Source of the DNA: the human T2T-CHM13v2.0 reference genome, Homo sapiens
Assembly: GCF_009914755.1 (NCBI RefSeq)
Contig: NC_060928.1
DNA length: 64,000 nucleotides
Reading direction: 5' to 3' (one strand)
How positions within the stretch are numbered: position 1 is the stretch's first letter; each line of letters opens with the position of its first letter. Below are positions 1 to 14,564 of this stretch, piece after piece. The notes under the pieces are model-generated. The model saw only the letters and a list, made by a program, of their open reading frames with translations, searched no databases and had not been told where the DNA came from. The translations under genes were made by a program, and so were the position numbers.

Positions 1-484
1 ACCTGATATTGGGACTTATAGAAAAAAAAAACTAGAAATGCGGATTCATGTATAAAATCTCCTGGTTTCAATGCTGTCAATTTTTTAAATACGCAATGTG
101 CAGTCCTCTTTTCCTCAGTGAATCAAAGTTCACTGGCCATATTTGGATCCTAAGATACCAGTCATATACTCTGCTATACATTAAAGGAAGCCTTTTCTAG
201 GTTTTTGTTTGCTTGGTTGATTGGTTGTTTTTAATTTGTATTTCCAGTCAACATTAAATTTGAATCTTTGTTATGGTGAAGCAACAATAAAGAATGGGAA
301 ATTAAGGTAACCATTAATGAAGATAAACAAAAAATGTATTAGTTCATCATGAAAAACAGGTGCAGTGGGAAGAATTTCATGAACATTTTGGAGTGATGGG
401 TTCACTAATTTTTCCATCTATTTCAATATATTATACTCAGAAATTGGGGTTCTACTTTCCTAATTTTGAATTCCTGTGTTATTT

Positions 485-833
485 TAATCGTTATTACTGA
501 ATGTTTGTGCCCTCTACATTCGTATGTTTAAGACCTAATCCCTAATGTGATGGTATCTAGAGGCAAAGCTTTAGGGAGGTAATTAATTAGGTCATGAGGG
601 TGGAGCCCCTCTGAATGGAATTAGTGCCTTTATAAGAGACACAACAGAGATGGAATTCAGCAAGAAGGCGACTGTCTGCATACCAGGAAAAGGACCCTCA
701 CCAGATACTGAATCTACCAGTGCCCTGATCTTGGACTTTCCAACCTCCAGAACTATCAGAAACAAATTTCTGTTGTTTAAGCCATCCAGTTTATTATGTT
801 ATTTTGTTATGGCAGTGCAAACTGACTATAACA
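485..833. mobile_element. MaLR LTR (MLT1A-like)
   Basis: tgaatgtttgtgccc...aggaccctcaccagatactgaatctaccagtgccctgatcttggacttt...gcagtgcaaactgactataaca is typical of MLT1. Confidence 0.75.
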
Positions 834-1647
834 TTAATTGTGTAATTCAAAATCTTGGTCTCAGACTTTTTTTCAAAAATTTAAGTTCTATAGCTATAAG
901 CAATGAAAGATCTACTAGCATAGAAACATGACATACAGGAATTGGATTTGATTTTGTCAGGGCTCTCATAGTACCAAGTGACAGAAAAAAACTTTATCTC
1001 AAATTGACAAAAACAAGAAAGGAATTTTTAAATTTATGTCATACAAAATTACAAGAGTGAAATACAGTTGTATTTAAGAGCTTGAAGGTGGGCATTAACT
1101 CTTTTGTTCATCTCTCATTATTACTCTTTTCTGTACTGACTTAATTTGCAGGCTATGTTCATGTGATTGAAAAGATGGCTTGCCCACATCTTGAGACTCG
1201 ACAGTTATTCAGAACCTAAACCCAAAGGAAGTGATCATATTGCAGCTTCTCTGAGTGTTCATGCATCAGTAGAGCAATGCTAGTTGGTTCTGCTTATAGG
1301 AAGGGCCCCTTCCTTTGGATAAGGGACTGTGGTTCCATGATAACCCTGGTTTGAATTATAGGTTCACTTATTTAGCTGAGAATCATTAAACTCTTTATTC
1401 TTCATGTTAAGATACACCAAATTGCAATTGCAAAATTTCAAATTAAATTTGGTACATTATTTGAGCTTTTATTATTTTAAAAATTTCTCTCTTGAAGAAT
1501 ATATTTCAATGTCTTCCCATTTGCAAAAGTTGCTTTCAATCATTTCAGTAAAGCTAATATTTTCTGGTTCTTCATTTGTTAAATAATTTGAGCCAAGATT
1601 TCACCCAGCCTTTTAAACAAATCTAACCAAAATCTTGATGCTTTCTT

Positions 1648-1940
1648 ATATTAGTTTCCTAAGGCTGTTGTAACAAAGCACCATAAACTAACTGTTCAAA
1701 AAAAAAAACATAAATTCATTCTCTCACAGTTTAGGAAGGTAGAAGCCTAAAATCAGTGTGTTGACAAGATCATGCTTCCTTTAAAGGCTTTAGGAAGAGC
1801 CCTTCCTTGCCGCTCCCTACTTCTGGTGGTTGCTAGCAATCATTGGCATCCTTAAACTTGTAGCTGTATTTTGTGGCTGCATCATCCAACTTCTGCCTCC
1901 ATCTTCTGAGGCCATATTTCCTCTGTGTATGTATGTGCAT
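1648..1940. mobile_element. MaLR LTR fragment (MLT1B/C-like)
   Basis: tattagtttcctaaggctgttgtaacaaagcaccataaact...ctctcacagtt...gctagcaatcattggcatcc. Confidence 0.65.
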
Positions 1941-1957
1941 AGATTCCCGCCCCCCAA

Positions 1958-2200
1958 AATTTTTTTTTTCTTTTTGTGAGAGAGGTTCTCTGTTGCCCAG
2001 GCTGGAGTGCAGTGATGTGATCCTGACTGACTGCAACATTCCCTGCCCAGACTCCAGCGATATTCCCACCTCAGCCTCCTAAGTAGCTGGGACTACAGGT
2101 GTGTGCCACCATACCTGGCTAATATTTGTAGGTTTTATAGATACAGGGTCTCACCATGTTGCCCAGGCTAGTCTCGAACTCCTAAGATCAAGTGATCCAG
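1958..2200 (-). mobile_element. Alu (old, truncated)
   Basis: poly-T, then tgttgcccaggctggagtgcagtg...cctcagcctcctaagtagctgggactacagg...caagtgatcc. Confidence 0.9.
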
Positions 2201-2365
2201 TGAGTGTGGTTTTCCATGGTTTATGTTATTCATGCATCTAGAATATGCTTGCATGACTAACTCATTACAAGAAACCCTGATCATAAGCAGTTTTGAGCTT
2301 CCTAGCACTGAGGTGATTTGAATGATCTCCATTGGTAGATTGAGAATTGTAGATGAAGCCAGCAT

Positions 2366-2843
2366 TGAGAAAGATTTTTTGCTTGACCAAACATTACTCA
2401 GGCTCCTAAAATTTCTGGGCCCATCTGTGTACTTCCTTGTAAAATCTACTTTAAGCAAAGAACCTTGCTGAGTCTGCTTAGCAATAATCTTCCATGCTTG
2501 ATAATGTGATTCATTTCAATATCTGATCCGTTTTCTCGTCCCCCACAGTTTCCCAGGTGATGTCATATGGGCCTGTTCTCAGCAAGAATCTTGTTAAGTC
2601 AGCTTAACCAGAATCTCCCTGACCTCTGTTGTTTCCTCTCAGCAATTTTTCATTCACTGACCATCACTCTGCTTCTTGGCTATAAATTCCTATTTGCTCA
2701 TGCTGTATTTGGAGTTGAGCCCAATTTCTCTTTCCTAGCGTAAAATCTCATTGTAGTGATCCCTGTACCTATCTCAATAGTTATGAAGAAAGTCTTCCTT
2801 ACCATACTTTAATAAGTGTCATTGAATAATCTTTGTCTTTATC
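2366..2843 (+). mobile_element. ERV1 solo LTR (MER31-like)
   Basis: Starts tgagaaag...cttgaccaaac..tcaggctcc; TATA (ggctataaat); ends aataatctttgtctttatca. Confidence 0.55.
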
Positions 2844-4084
2844 ATTATACACCTGAAGAAAGTAGAACCACTAGTCATATGGTATGCAGATGTATATTTT
2901 ACATTCACTAAAATATAAGGCTAGTCATGTAGCTAGAATACGGCTACATGACTAGCTCATACTCTTGTATGAACCTACAGATTATTTTATTGGTTGTCTT
3001 TCTCACTGATTTGAAGTTCTTTATATATTTTAGAAACAAGCAGTTATAGTTTTTGCTAATATACTCTCTCTATCTCTGGCTTGCCTTTTAATTCTCTGAA
3101 TGGTTTCCTGTGATTATCAGTTCTTCAATGAAGTCAAATTTTCAATAATTTATGTATGACTGTGCTCTTTGTTATTGTTAATAAATATTTTCTGAATCCA
3201 AAATAGTAAAGATATTTTCTATTATCTCTTGGAAGTTTTATTGTTTTACCATCACAGTTAGATCTGTTGTCCATCTTGCATTGATTTTTGTGTATCCTAT
3301 AAGGAAGGCATCAACAATTTCTCCATAGGCATATCCAGTTGGCATCTTAATCCACTCAGTTTACCCAATCAAGGATTGATATTATTCAAAGCTGAGTTTC
3401 AGTGAGGTTTGTCTATTTTCAGTTCAATTTTACTGGTGAAGTATATTTTTTCATCAACTCAACAAATATCTTGGGAAATTTTCTAGTATCGCTCATCTTT
3501 GTCAGGTCTCTAGTCCAGTTTTTATATCCTAAGTCTGTGTGGGTCAGCTTCTCAGGCTCTTAGTTTGTGCTCTCGTTATTGCAAAATGCCTAGCATTTAA
3601 CAAAGGCACCCATGCTGGACTCGTCTTTAGGGGATAGTTTCTTCCCAGTCTTACAAATACTTTTTGACTTGCTAGCTCCACAGTGTCTTCAAAAGAATTT
3701 TTCAAGTCTTTAATCCCTATTTTCTAGTTTTGCTCACCATAAAACTTGGTTTAAATAATCTAGCCTACATTTTCTAAAAAGAACATCCTCCCCCCAAGAA
3801 AGGTTTTCAATGAATGACTGAATTATTTCATCCTTTTTATTTTCTATGACATACTACATAAATTTGAGAAAATCTATGCTCATAAAAGATAATTGTGGTT
3901 GCTTAGTGAGAAAGATCTGCAGAAGGGGCAACTGCAGTTTGGAGGCCATTTGTATTTCAGAAAGAGATGATGATGATGAGTCAATATAAACTATTAATAG
4001 TGGAGCTACCGAGCATTGGAGAAATTCAATGTATATTCCCTAGGTTGAAATTTCTATACTCATTGATAAATGGATGTGAAAAGT

Positions 4085-4518
4085 GTGTTAATTTCCTAGT
4101 GCTGCTTTAATAAAGTATCATAAGCCAAGTGGCTTAAAACAACTGTTACTTGCTTTCTTACAATTCTGGAAGCTAGAAATTCAAAATAAAGTGTCGATAG
4201 GTCCATGATCTCTGAATAATCTAGTAAATAATCTGTCTCATGTCTTTCTTTTAACTCCTGCTGCTGCCAGAAATCTTGGGTATTTATTGGTTTGTAGATG
4301 CATCACTCCAATCTCTGCTTCTGTTGTCACATGACATTCTCCCCTATGTTTCTGTCTGTGTCTCTTCTTATAAGAGTAATAGTTATATTGGATTAAGGGC
4401 CCATGTCACTCCAGTATGATTTCATCTTAACTAATTATATTTGAAATTAACCTATTTCCAAACAATGAGCTTCCAGAAAGACATGGCATTTTGAGGGGCA
4501 CTATCCAACCTAGAACAA
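4085..4518. mobile_element. MaLR LTR (MLT1C-like)
   Basis: tgtgttaatttcctagtgctgct...gtggcttaaaacaac...catcttaactaattatatttgaaattaacctatttccaaac. Confidence 0.7.
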
Positions 4519-4529
4519 GGATAAAAGAA

Positions 4530-5420
4530 TAAATCAATGGTGACTGTTAAGCTTTTAGTTTTGATGACAGTGGAGACTGTAAAGCTATGTATTGATGTGG
4601 ACAAGATTGATTAAAGATCATGTTAGGGACTGGATTCAGATTAAGAGCTATGCTAGGCCATGCCAGGTATGATATTTTAATTAGATACTTAAATACGGAG
4701 ATCAAGAAGGCAGTTGAGTACATAAGTTTTGAGTTCACAAAAGAAATAAGTCTGGAGATAGAGATTTGGAAGTCGTTAGCATAAGAATGTACTTAAAGCC
4801 AGGGAAGTGAACAGGATCAGCCAGGGTAAGGCTAATCTCTAGGGCACTCCAACCCTTAAGGATTTGGAAAAGGAGAAAATACAAGAAGGGAGACTGAGAA
4901 GTGTTTAGAGTATTAAAGAAGAAACCAAGGGTTTATTAGGTTAAGGATTTCAAATGAAAAGAAGAATGATGTTTCAAGGAAGTAAAGACGACACATTCTA
5001 CCAAATAACACTGAGAGGTTGGGTAAAATGAACACAAATTAGCAATATGAAAATTATTGGTAACCTTGAAAAGAAGTGGTTTCAGTGAGGGATGAAATTT
5101 TGATTGGAGTGGGTTAATAATAGAATAAGATATGAGATATGGAAACAACCCTATGGTTACTTTAGTATGACAATTGATATAATCTAAATAATTGGGAGAG
5201 GTTTGGAGGTACAGTGTTAAGGAAGCAGATTTTTTCTTTAATGATGGGAGATATTATAGTATAAGCAGGTCTTCCATGATGCTTATGTTGTAATAAGGGC
5301 CAGGGAAACACTGGAAATATAAGAAAGATGGGATAATTGCTAGACATGAGTCACTGCATAAACTCAGGAAGATATAATTGAATGTACAAGTGGAGGAGTT
5401 GGTATAGAAAGAGAGAAAAT
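4530..5420. mobile_element. L2 fragments
   Basis: gaaggcagttgagtacataagttttgagttcacaaaagaaataagtctggagatagagatttggaagtc... is L2 3'-type sequence. Confidence 0.6.
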
Positions 5421-6049
5421 CAATCACAATAAACAACTACTTCACAGTTAGAATTAATGGCTGTCAGAGTTTCACATCCCTTACTTTCTTCAGCGTTGCT
5501 GGCTAACACCACATTACCCAGTTCATTTTGATTTGTTAGAATGCTTTGGTGCTGTGGTATAAGCAATGTCAGCAATGTGGAGCAATAGGGATCATCTATC
5601 ATTTACTATACAGTACACTCATCATGTTACTAATATGTAATCAAATCTTCAGTAAAATTCTTTGCACTATTTTATCCATGTGGCAATTAAAGCTCTTACA
5701 ACATCACATAGCTACCTGTGGCAAGTTGTGTTTCAGGTTTCACATTTAAAGTTTTTTTCCCAGGGTCACCACAAAATTTAACATCCAATGCTGGATCATT
5801 TTGAAAGTGAAAGGCATAGCTATAATAATGACACTGGGAAAATAGGCATAACCCAAAACTTTCTATAGCAAATGGGGTATAAAAGCATCCTTTCTTTTCC
5901 TCCACTTTTTGATATCTTTTAATATTCAATTCAAAACATTCTATTCAATTTCAAAGCATTCTTCCAGGATTATTTTGAACATCAATAATAAATCAAAGTT
6001 AACATTAAAGAGGCCGATTAGGTTTGAAAAAAAGACAGAAGAACTGAAA

Positions 6050-6386
6050 TATGCTTAAGAATAATTTATTGAAATGACTGGAAAGGAAATAGATTCTTAA
6101 AGAAATAAAAATAAGCACAATTCCAGAAACAATTTGTATACATATGTTTGATATGTTTGTAGCATTTCCAAATGAGTATTGAACTTCTGTGGTACTAGTT
6201 GAATTAAGATTTGGAAAATGTAAATAGTTCATGAGTCAAATTTCAAATTAAATGAATGACATAATATATAAAATAAATAAAGGGACAAAGTTCATTTTTT
6301 CCATATAAACTCATTCAAACATACTTAATTTGGGGTAACGTGATACAAAGACGGAAAAGGCATCATATTTCCAGTCTCAGTCAATT
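6050..6386 (-). other. CSN2: CSN2 terminal 3' UTR exon
   Basis: Acceptor CAG at 6389-6387; AATAAA at 6070-6065; cleavage site approximate. Confidence 0.85.
6065..6070 (-). terminator. CSN2 polyadenylation signal AATAAA
   Basis: tttatt on + strand at the end of the last exon. Confidence 0.8.
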
Positions 6387-7143
6387 CTGTGGAATAGAGA
6401 GCAAATATATAATTAGTTATGTTATAACACGTAACTATTCAACTCTCTTCACTTTTAACTTTGGTGTGACTAATTCACAAAAGAAATTGTATTGCAAATG
6501 CATTCTGTTGCGGTTTGGAGGCATGTAAAGTTTGTTCACCAAACTTCACCAAAGTTCATCAAATATTAGTGAACTTGAAATTGTTTCAGTGAAATGTCTG
6601 GTATTTCATAATCCCAAAAGGCTTTATATCTTAGAATTGCAATGCTGTTCTCTCCTCTTTTTAACCTTTACACTTGGAGTAATTTTAACTCATGAATTAA
6701 AAGATAATTTTAAGTAAAGTAAATACAAATTTTATGAAGGCTAGGTTAGAAATAAAAATGCAAATAGGCTTTTGACAAAAGCTCAAATGTATTTCCATAA
6801 AAGTAAAATAAGTATATATTCTGTCTTTCCTAAAAATAGTGATAATCAAATGTAAGTATATAGGCCCTTGAAAGCAAGCCAGTCAAATCTGTCAATAGTA
6901 CATAAATAAAATTAAAGTTATTTGAAATGCAAAAGATAGATAGTTTCAGGTCAGTAAATGATAGTCAACCATTAAATTGATAATTAATAAAAAAAGTTCT
7001 TGTATGTATGAAATTTTCACTGTATTGGACTTCTCTAGGAGAATTAAATGTAAAAAGACATCATGTATAAAAATGATCAATTAAATCTCCAAACTCCCAA
7101 AACTTACCAAAAATAAGGAGGGAAAATTAACTTTGAAATCTTC

Positions 7144-7149
7144 TTAGAC
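7144..7149 (-). CDS. CSN2: CSN2 last codon (V) and TAA stop, within the 42-nt exon 7108-7149
   Basis: aag|GTC TAA GAAG...TTG|gtaagt. Confidence 0.93.
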   Translation of the reverse strand, partial: V

Positions 7150-7168
7150 CTTAAAAATAAACAGATAC

Positions 7169-7445
7169 AAATAAATAAATAACCTCTTAGTAAGAAAACT
7201 TGCCTTAAGAATGTTGTAAGTAGTGAAATAAGCATCTCCGTCTTTTGCCTTCATATATATTTACAGCAAAAACCAGATGTGAAGTAAGGCTTGTGTAAAA
7301 TAAATAAATAAATAAATAAATAAATAACCTCTTAGTAAGAAAACTTGCCTTAAGAATGTTGTAAGTAGTGAAATAAGCATCTCAGTCTTTTGCCTTCATA
7401 TATACTTATAGCAAAAACAAGATGTGAAGTAAGGCTTGTGTAAAA
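7169..7445. repeat. Two-copy direct tandem duplication (period 145 bp) with (TAAA)n at the junction
   Basis: aacctcttagtaagaaaacttgcc...gtaaggcttgtgtaaaa at 7181-7300 and 7326-7445, with few mismatches. Confidence 0.95.
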
Positions 7446-7746
7446 GAGATGTGCACAAGGAAAATGACAGAACATTTTTTAGCTTTTTTTTCCAAATTCA
7501 ATCATATTATTAAATTTAATTCCGGCTTTTGTAAGCCTTAATTACTTTATCTAAATCAGAATTCTCAACAGACTAATTAAACCAGAATTCATGCAATAGT
7601 TTTTTTCTCAACACTCAGTTTCCTCTACACAAAAAACTAGAACAATTATATCAGAATCTCTGGGTAAGCTTAGGCATTGGGATTTGTGGGGAAAAGTTCT
7701 CCAGGTGATTCTGTTGTATAGGTAAGCATTAAGAATCACTTATCTA

Positions 7747-7952
7747 TGAGAACACATGGACACAGGAAGGGGAACATCACACACCTGGACCTGTCGTGGG
7801 GTGGGGGTAGGGGGTAGGGATAGCATTAGGAGATATACCTAATGTTAAATGACGAGTTAATGGGTGCAGCACACCAACATGGCACATGTATACATATGTA
7901 ACTAACCTGCATGTTGTGCACATGTACCCTAAAACTTAAAGTATAATAATAA
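7747..7952 (+). mobile_element. Severely 5'-truncated L1PA (3' UTR only) with 16-bp TSD
   Basis: L1 3' UTR ...gggatagcattaggagatatacctaatg...aaaacttaaagtataat; TSD aagaatcacttatcta at 7731-7746 and 7953-7968. Confidence 0.95.
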
Positions 7953-8067
7953 AAGAATCACTTATCTAAACTGTTTTTTTAATTCATTTACTCTACATTT
8001 ATTCTTTTATTCTACCATCACATACACATCTTGAATGAAACAGCAAAGCCAGTAAATTTGGACTTAC

Positions 8068-8598
8068 ACTAATGGGGTTATGAACTGGGGCAAGTGGCTG
8101 AGTCACAGGGTAGATCTGGTGGGTGGGGTTAAGTAGAAGTTCTTGGTTGAGCAGAAGGGCTTGAACAGGCACAGCTCTCTGAGGGTAGGGCACCACTTGC
8201 TGGGGGATAGGCAGGACTTTGGGCTGAGGAACAGACCACAGGGGCTGAGGGGGAAGTGCAAGAGTCTGAGGAATAGGCTGAGGGACCTGCTGCATCAAGG
8301 GCTGGAGCAGAGGCAGAGGAAGATGCAGATTTTCAAGATCAGTGAGTTTTGGGATTTGAGGGTCAAAAAAGGGTATCGTTGGAGATTTAAGGACAGGCAT
8401 CACTCTGCCCTTAGTGTAGACAGTGTCTTTAGCTTTAGGGACTTCCATTATTTCAGGCTGAGGGACAGGCAGCACCACAGCAGGCTGAGCAAGAGGCAGA
8501 ATGTTTTGTGGAAGAAAACCATAGGGGATAGGTTCAACGAATGGATAGATCAGAGGCTGTGGCTGGAAAGAGGGGTAGATTTTATCCTGGTGTTCATC
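8068..8598 (-). CDS. CSN2: CSN2 large Pro/Gln-rich exon (177 codons), including beta-casomorphin YPFVEPI at 8527-8547
   Basis: Lies within ORF 7999..8751; cag|GAT GAA CAC...AGT|gtaagt, 531 nt. Confidence 0.99.
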
Positions 8599-9702
8599 CT
8601 GGAAAGAAGGAAAAAGAATCTTTGAGTCCTTGATTAAGCTATAATTGCCATTCATAATGAATTCATTTCTCTCTTTTAGACAATGATAAATGAGTAAAAA
8701 GAGAGGAGAAAATATTTCACTTATTTTGGTTAAGAAAGTATCTTGAGTCATGCGAAGAAAAATGAGTAAACTGTTTGTTGAAAAATTTTAATCCACTCAC
8801 TTCATGGGTAACTCCACAGGCCAAAGTGAAATCAATGTTTGGATATTTCAGAAACACTTTTTTTAACATTTTCCTGAATTGCCTGGATAGCTGTAGCTGT
8901 ACACTTTGGTCTTCAGAGAGAATTTACTTTTCAACACAGTTGTGCCAATAGTAGACCAAATTGTTTTCATACAGTGAAAAGAGATCAGTTTAAAAAGACT
9001 TAGAGGGACAATTCCAAGGTTTATTTTTGTTTTGTTTTGGTTTGATGAAAAAGAAAATCAGTCTTAATTTGTGGCTAATCTCAGGAAGTAATTTAACACC
9101 GGCCAAATTCTTACATTCCTTCCCTTGGGAGAAGATAGTCTCTTGAGTCTTTCAAGAGACATCAATTTTTTTGTTTAAATTTGATTTTAGAAATATTTTA
9201 TGTGACTCCAAACAATTCATTGGTACACAAAGCAATTGAAAATTATAATTGGGTAAACATATCACCATAAATGTAATTTAATGAAATACAGGATTTTGTG
9301 TTGTCCATATGGGAATAAAGGCAATATGGGACAAATTTTACATAGGTTTTTTTACCAGCCGTATACACCTTTTCATTACCATATCCACCTTGGAAATAAG
9401 AGGATCATAGTTCCCAACCTGGAAATGTTCCCACCAATGTGTACTTGTTGAAAACAGATATACCATTAGTAATATCATTATGTATTTAGTCTGTATTCTA
9501 GAAATTAATTATGAGTTTAAAAATGCATGCATATCCTAGAAAATATATTGACTTTATCAATGTTTAATTTTTAAAGTGGTTGGTGGGTATATGGCATTTA
9601 TTTTATTATCATTCTTTAGAATCAACATACACATTATAAATATTTTTGTATGTATTATACTTTATAATAATTTTAAACATATACTTATCATTAACAAATT
9701 AC

Positions 9703-9747
9703 CTCTCCTTGCTGCTGGTCCTCATGTTTAACCTTCTCAACTTTCTG
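9703..9747 (-). CDS. CSN2: CSN2 exon QKVEKVKHEDQQQGE
   Basis: tag|CAG AAA...GAG|gtaatt, 45 nt. Confidence 0.96.
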
Positions 9748-9842
9748 CTAAAGATATATCATATATAAAGATATGTTACCATCTGTAAAGATTAAAAGGA
9801 GGAAATTTTGAAAATGTGTACATTTTAAATGTGAAAATTTAC

Positions 9843-9863
9843 CTTGTATTCTGTAATAGATTC
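9843..9863 (-). CDS. CSN2: CSN2 exon ESITEYK
   Basis: tag|GAA...AAG|gtaaat, 21 nt. Confidence 0.96.
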
Positions 9864-10846
9864 CTACAGAAAAATATAAAATAAAATTAGGTTTAGTTTT
9901 AACAATTCTTACTTTGCAATATAAATCAGGAAATAAAGGCCTTAATTCTTTGATAATATCATTAATAACTTTGTATAATCATTAAACTTATGTATTAAAC
10001 TGTTCTATATGAGCTTGTTATGTAAAAGAAAGTCAGATGAATGCAGTCAAGAAGGACATGGTACAAAAAAAAGCAATTAATAGATGCTAATTTCTCTCTA
10101 CCACCATGCTCATTCCCTGACAACAAATGATATCTAAAACCCCATCTGATTTTTAAAAAAAGAAATACTCATTGAAAATATATTCTAATAACAATTGATA
10201 CATTATGATCACTTCAAATGAATCATAAGAGTTAAACACTTCCCTTAAGGATCATATAACCTTTCTGAAGAGACAGAATCTATTGATGTACCATTTACTT
10301 ATCAAGTGATCACACACCCAAGAAGAGTGGTGTAAGAATAAATATCTACCTGACTCTCTCAGGTAAATTTAGGACTACACTAAATCTCGCTTATTTACTA
10401 AAGTGGCTATTGTAATTATAAAATGTGTCCTTTTTGCACGTCTGCCTACCTACTACTTAGCAAGCTCTTAACTATCACTGGCATCTCTAACTTTTCAGTT
10501 TGTACCACAGCTCCTAGTCAATGTCTGACCCATAGAAGGCTGTCAGTATATGCTTAAGGTGAATAAGTTCAGAGTAAAGAGAGTTCAAGGCAGAAAACAG
10601 GACAATATGGTTCATTAAAAAAAAAAGAAGCAAAATAACACAATTTCAAGTAGCAAGCCAATTTACAAAGTTCTAGAATGTTGTATTATCCAGATACTTA
10701 TTGTCCTTAAACACACATAAAAGAAATATGTACTAGAACTTATATGTCATTAACATAGCTGCATTAGCTTAACTGCCATGATGTAACACCATAGAAAAAT
10801 AGCACAGGATTTTACTGTTCTAAAATTGGGTAGAATGTTAACTTAC

Positions 10847-10873
10847 CTCACTGCTTGAAAGGCTTTCTATGGT
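10847..10873 (-). CDS. CSN2: CSN2 exon TIESLSSSE (phosphoserine cluster)
   Basis: cag|ACC...GAG|gtaagt, 27 nt. Confidence 0.97.
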
Positions 10874-10973
10874 CTGTGGGAAAAAAAAATTGACAACCAG
10901 CTAAATCTTCTAGATCATTAGAGAATTTTACTATTTTATGGTTCATAAATTTTCTCTAAAAAAATAATCTCAC

Positions 10974-11000
10974 CTCAGAGGATGCATTGGATTGTTCCTT
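10974..11000 (-). pseudogene. CSN2: Cryptic/skipped beta-casein exon (ancestral exon 3), KEQSNASSE
   Basis: cag|AAG GAA CAA TCC AAT GCA TCC TCT GAG|gtgag, 27 nt, phase 0. Not part of the 226-aa human protein. Polypyrimidine tract is interrupted by AAACA. Confidence 0.9.
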
Positions 11001-11738
11001 CTGAAAAGATGTTTAAAAATTCAACTTCTATAGCTAACTCATTGTTAAACATGCATCCTACTTAATTTTTACATCACTTATGCAGAGCTATCTCTTTCAC
11101 AAATTTGAGAAATAAAAAATGTTATATGACTTTTGAGGTTTAAAAGGTAATTACTTTAATGTCTTTTATATTTAGTAATCTATTAATATATTTTTATCTT
11201 ACATTTATTAAAGACAGAGTTTTTTATGGGTAAAAGAAGAGTCACTTTAATTTGTATTAAATATTTTTATTATATTATTATTAATATATTTATGATCATG
11301 ATTATGATTGTCTCTGTACTTCATCCCATGGATGTCTTTGTACAGACAGACACAGGATTTGACCCAGTGCCCTAGGCTGTAAGGTATATATACATTTTAT
11401 CACTGGAATAAGATATATTTATCTAGCTTGAGAATCTTTGGAGTTGTATTTATGCAATATTATATTTCGTTGCCATTTTTATGATTTTTTATTACTTATT
11501 GATTTGTTTGCTTTTTCTTTAGTGACTAGCAGCACATTGGTGCAGGAAGCATTTGGGGCACTATAGGAAACTGTTGAGACAGTGGGTAAATATAAATGAT
11601 TTTGATAGAAGCCAAGAGAATTCTCATGAAATTCTTCATTATTTATACAGTAAAAAATGTTGGTGATGTTATTCTCTACAAATAAGCATATAGTCCACTA
11701 TTTATTGATTGTTTAGGAATTTTTTCTTGTGCACATAC

Positions 11739-11789
11739 CTCCCTTGCAAGAGCAAGAGCCACCAGGCAGGCGAGGATGAGGACCTTCAT
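11739..11789 (-). CDS. CSN2: CSN2 exon 2 coding part: signal peptide MKVLILACLVALALA + RE (whole exon 11739-11801)
   Basis: ATG at 11789-11787, 17 codons, acceptor CAG at 11804-11802, donor GTATGT. Confidence 0.97.
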
Positions 11790-12131
11790 GGCTACTAAGT
11801 CCTGTGAATGTAGAAAAAATGGAATGGTGGAAGATTGGTCAATTGGATATACTTTCTTATGTAGGTAAGGTTACTTTTTATAAAACAAAAAAAAAAGAGA
11901 GATAATATATAACAAAAATATCTGCATTTAGAAAATAAATAGAATAAATACTAAATAGAAGTTATATCACATGAAGGAGGTCAAAATCCATTCTGGCTTG
12001 CGATTCTCATTTTTCAAATTCCAAACTTCATTGCCAGCTATTCAGATTTTTCAGCTAACAACTCTATCCCCACTTTTAAAAAAGTCCCATTTACAGTATT
12101 GAATTTTTCAAAAGGCATAAAGAAGTTATAA

Positions 12132-14564
<2,433 letters not shown>

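Noticed and set aside
8143-8625. 160-aa ORF antisense to the large CSN2 exon
   Set aside because: Non-ATG start; it is a shadow of the Pro/Gln codon bias on the opposite strand, with no independent support.
7999-8751. 250-aa ORF as a single-exon protein
   Set aside because: Only 8068-8598 is exon; the flanks are intron read-through past clear splice sites.
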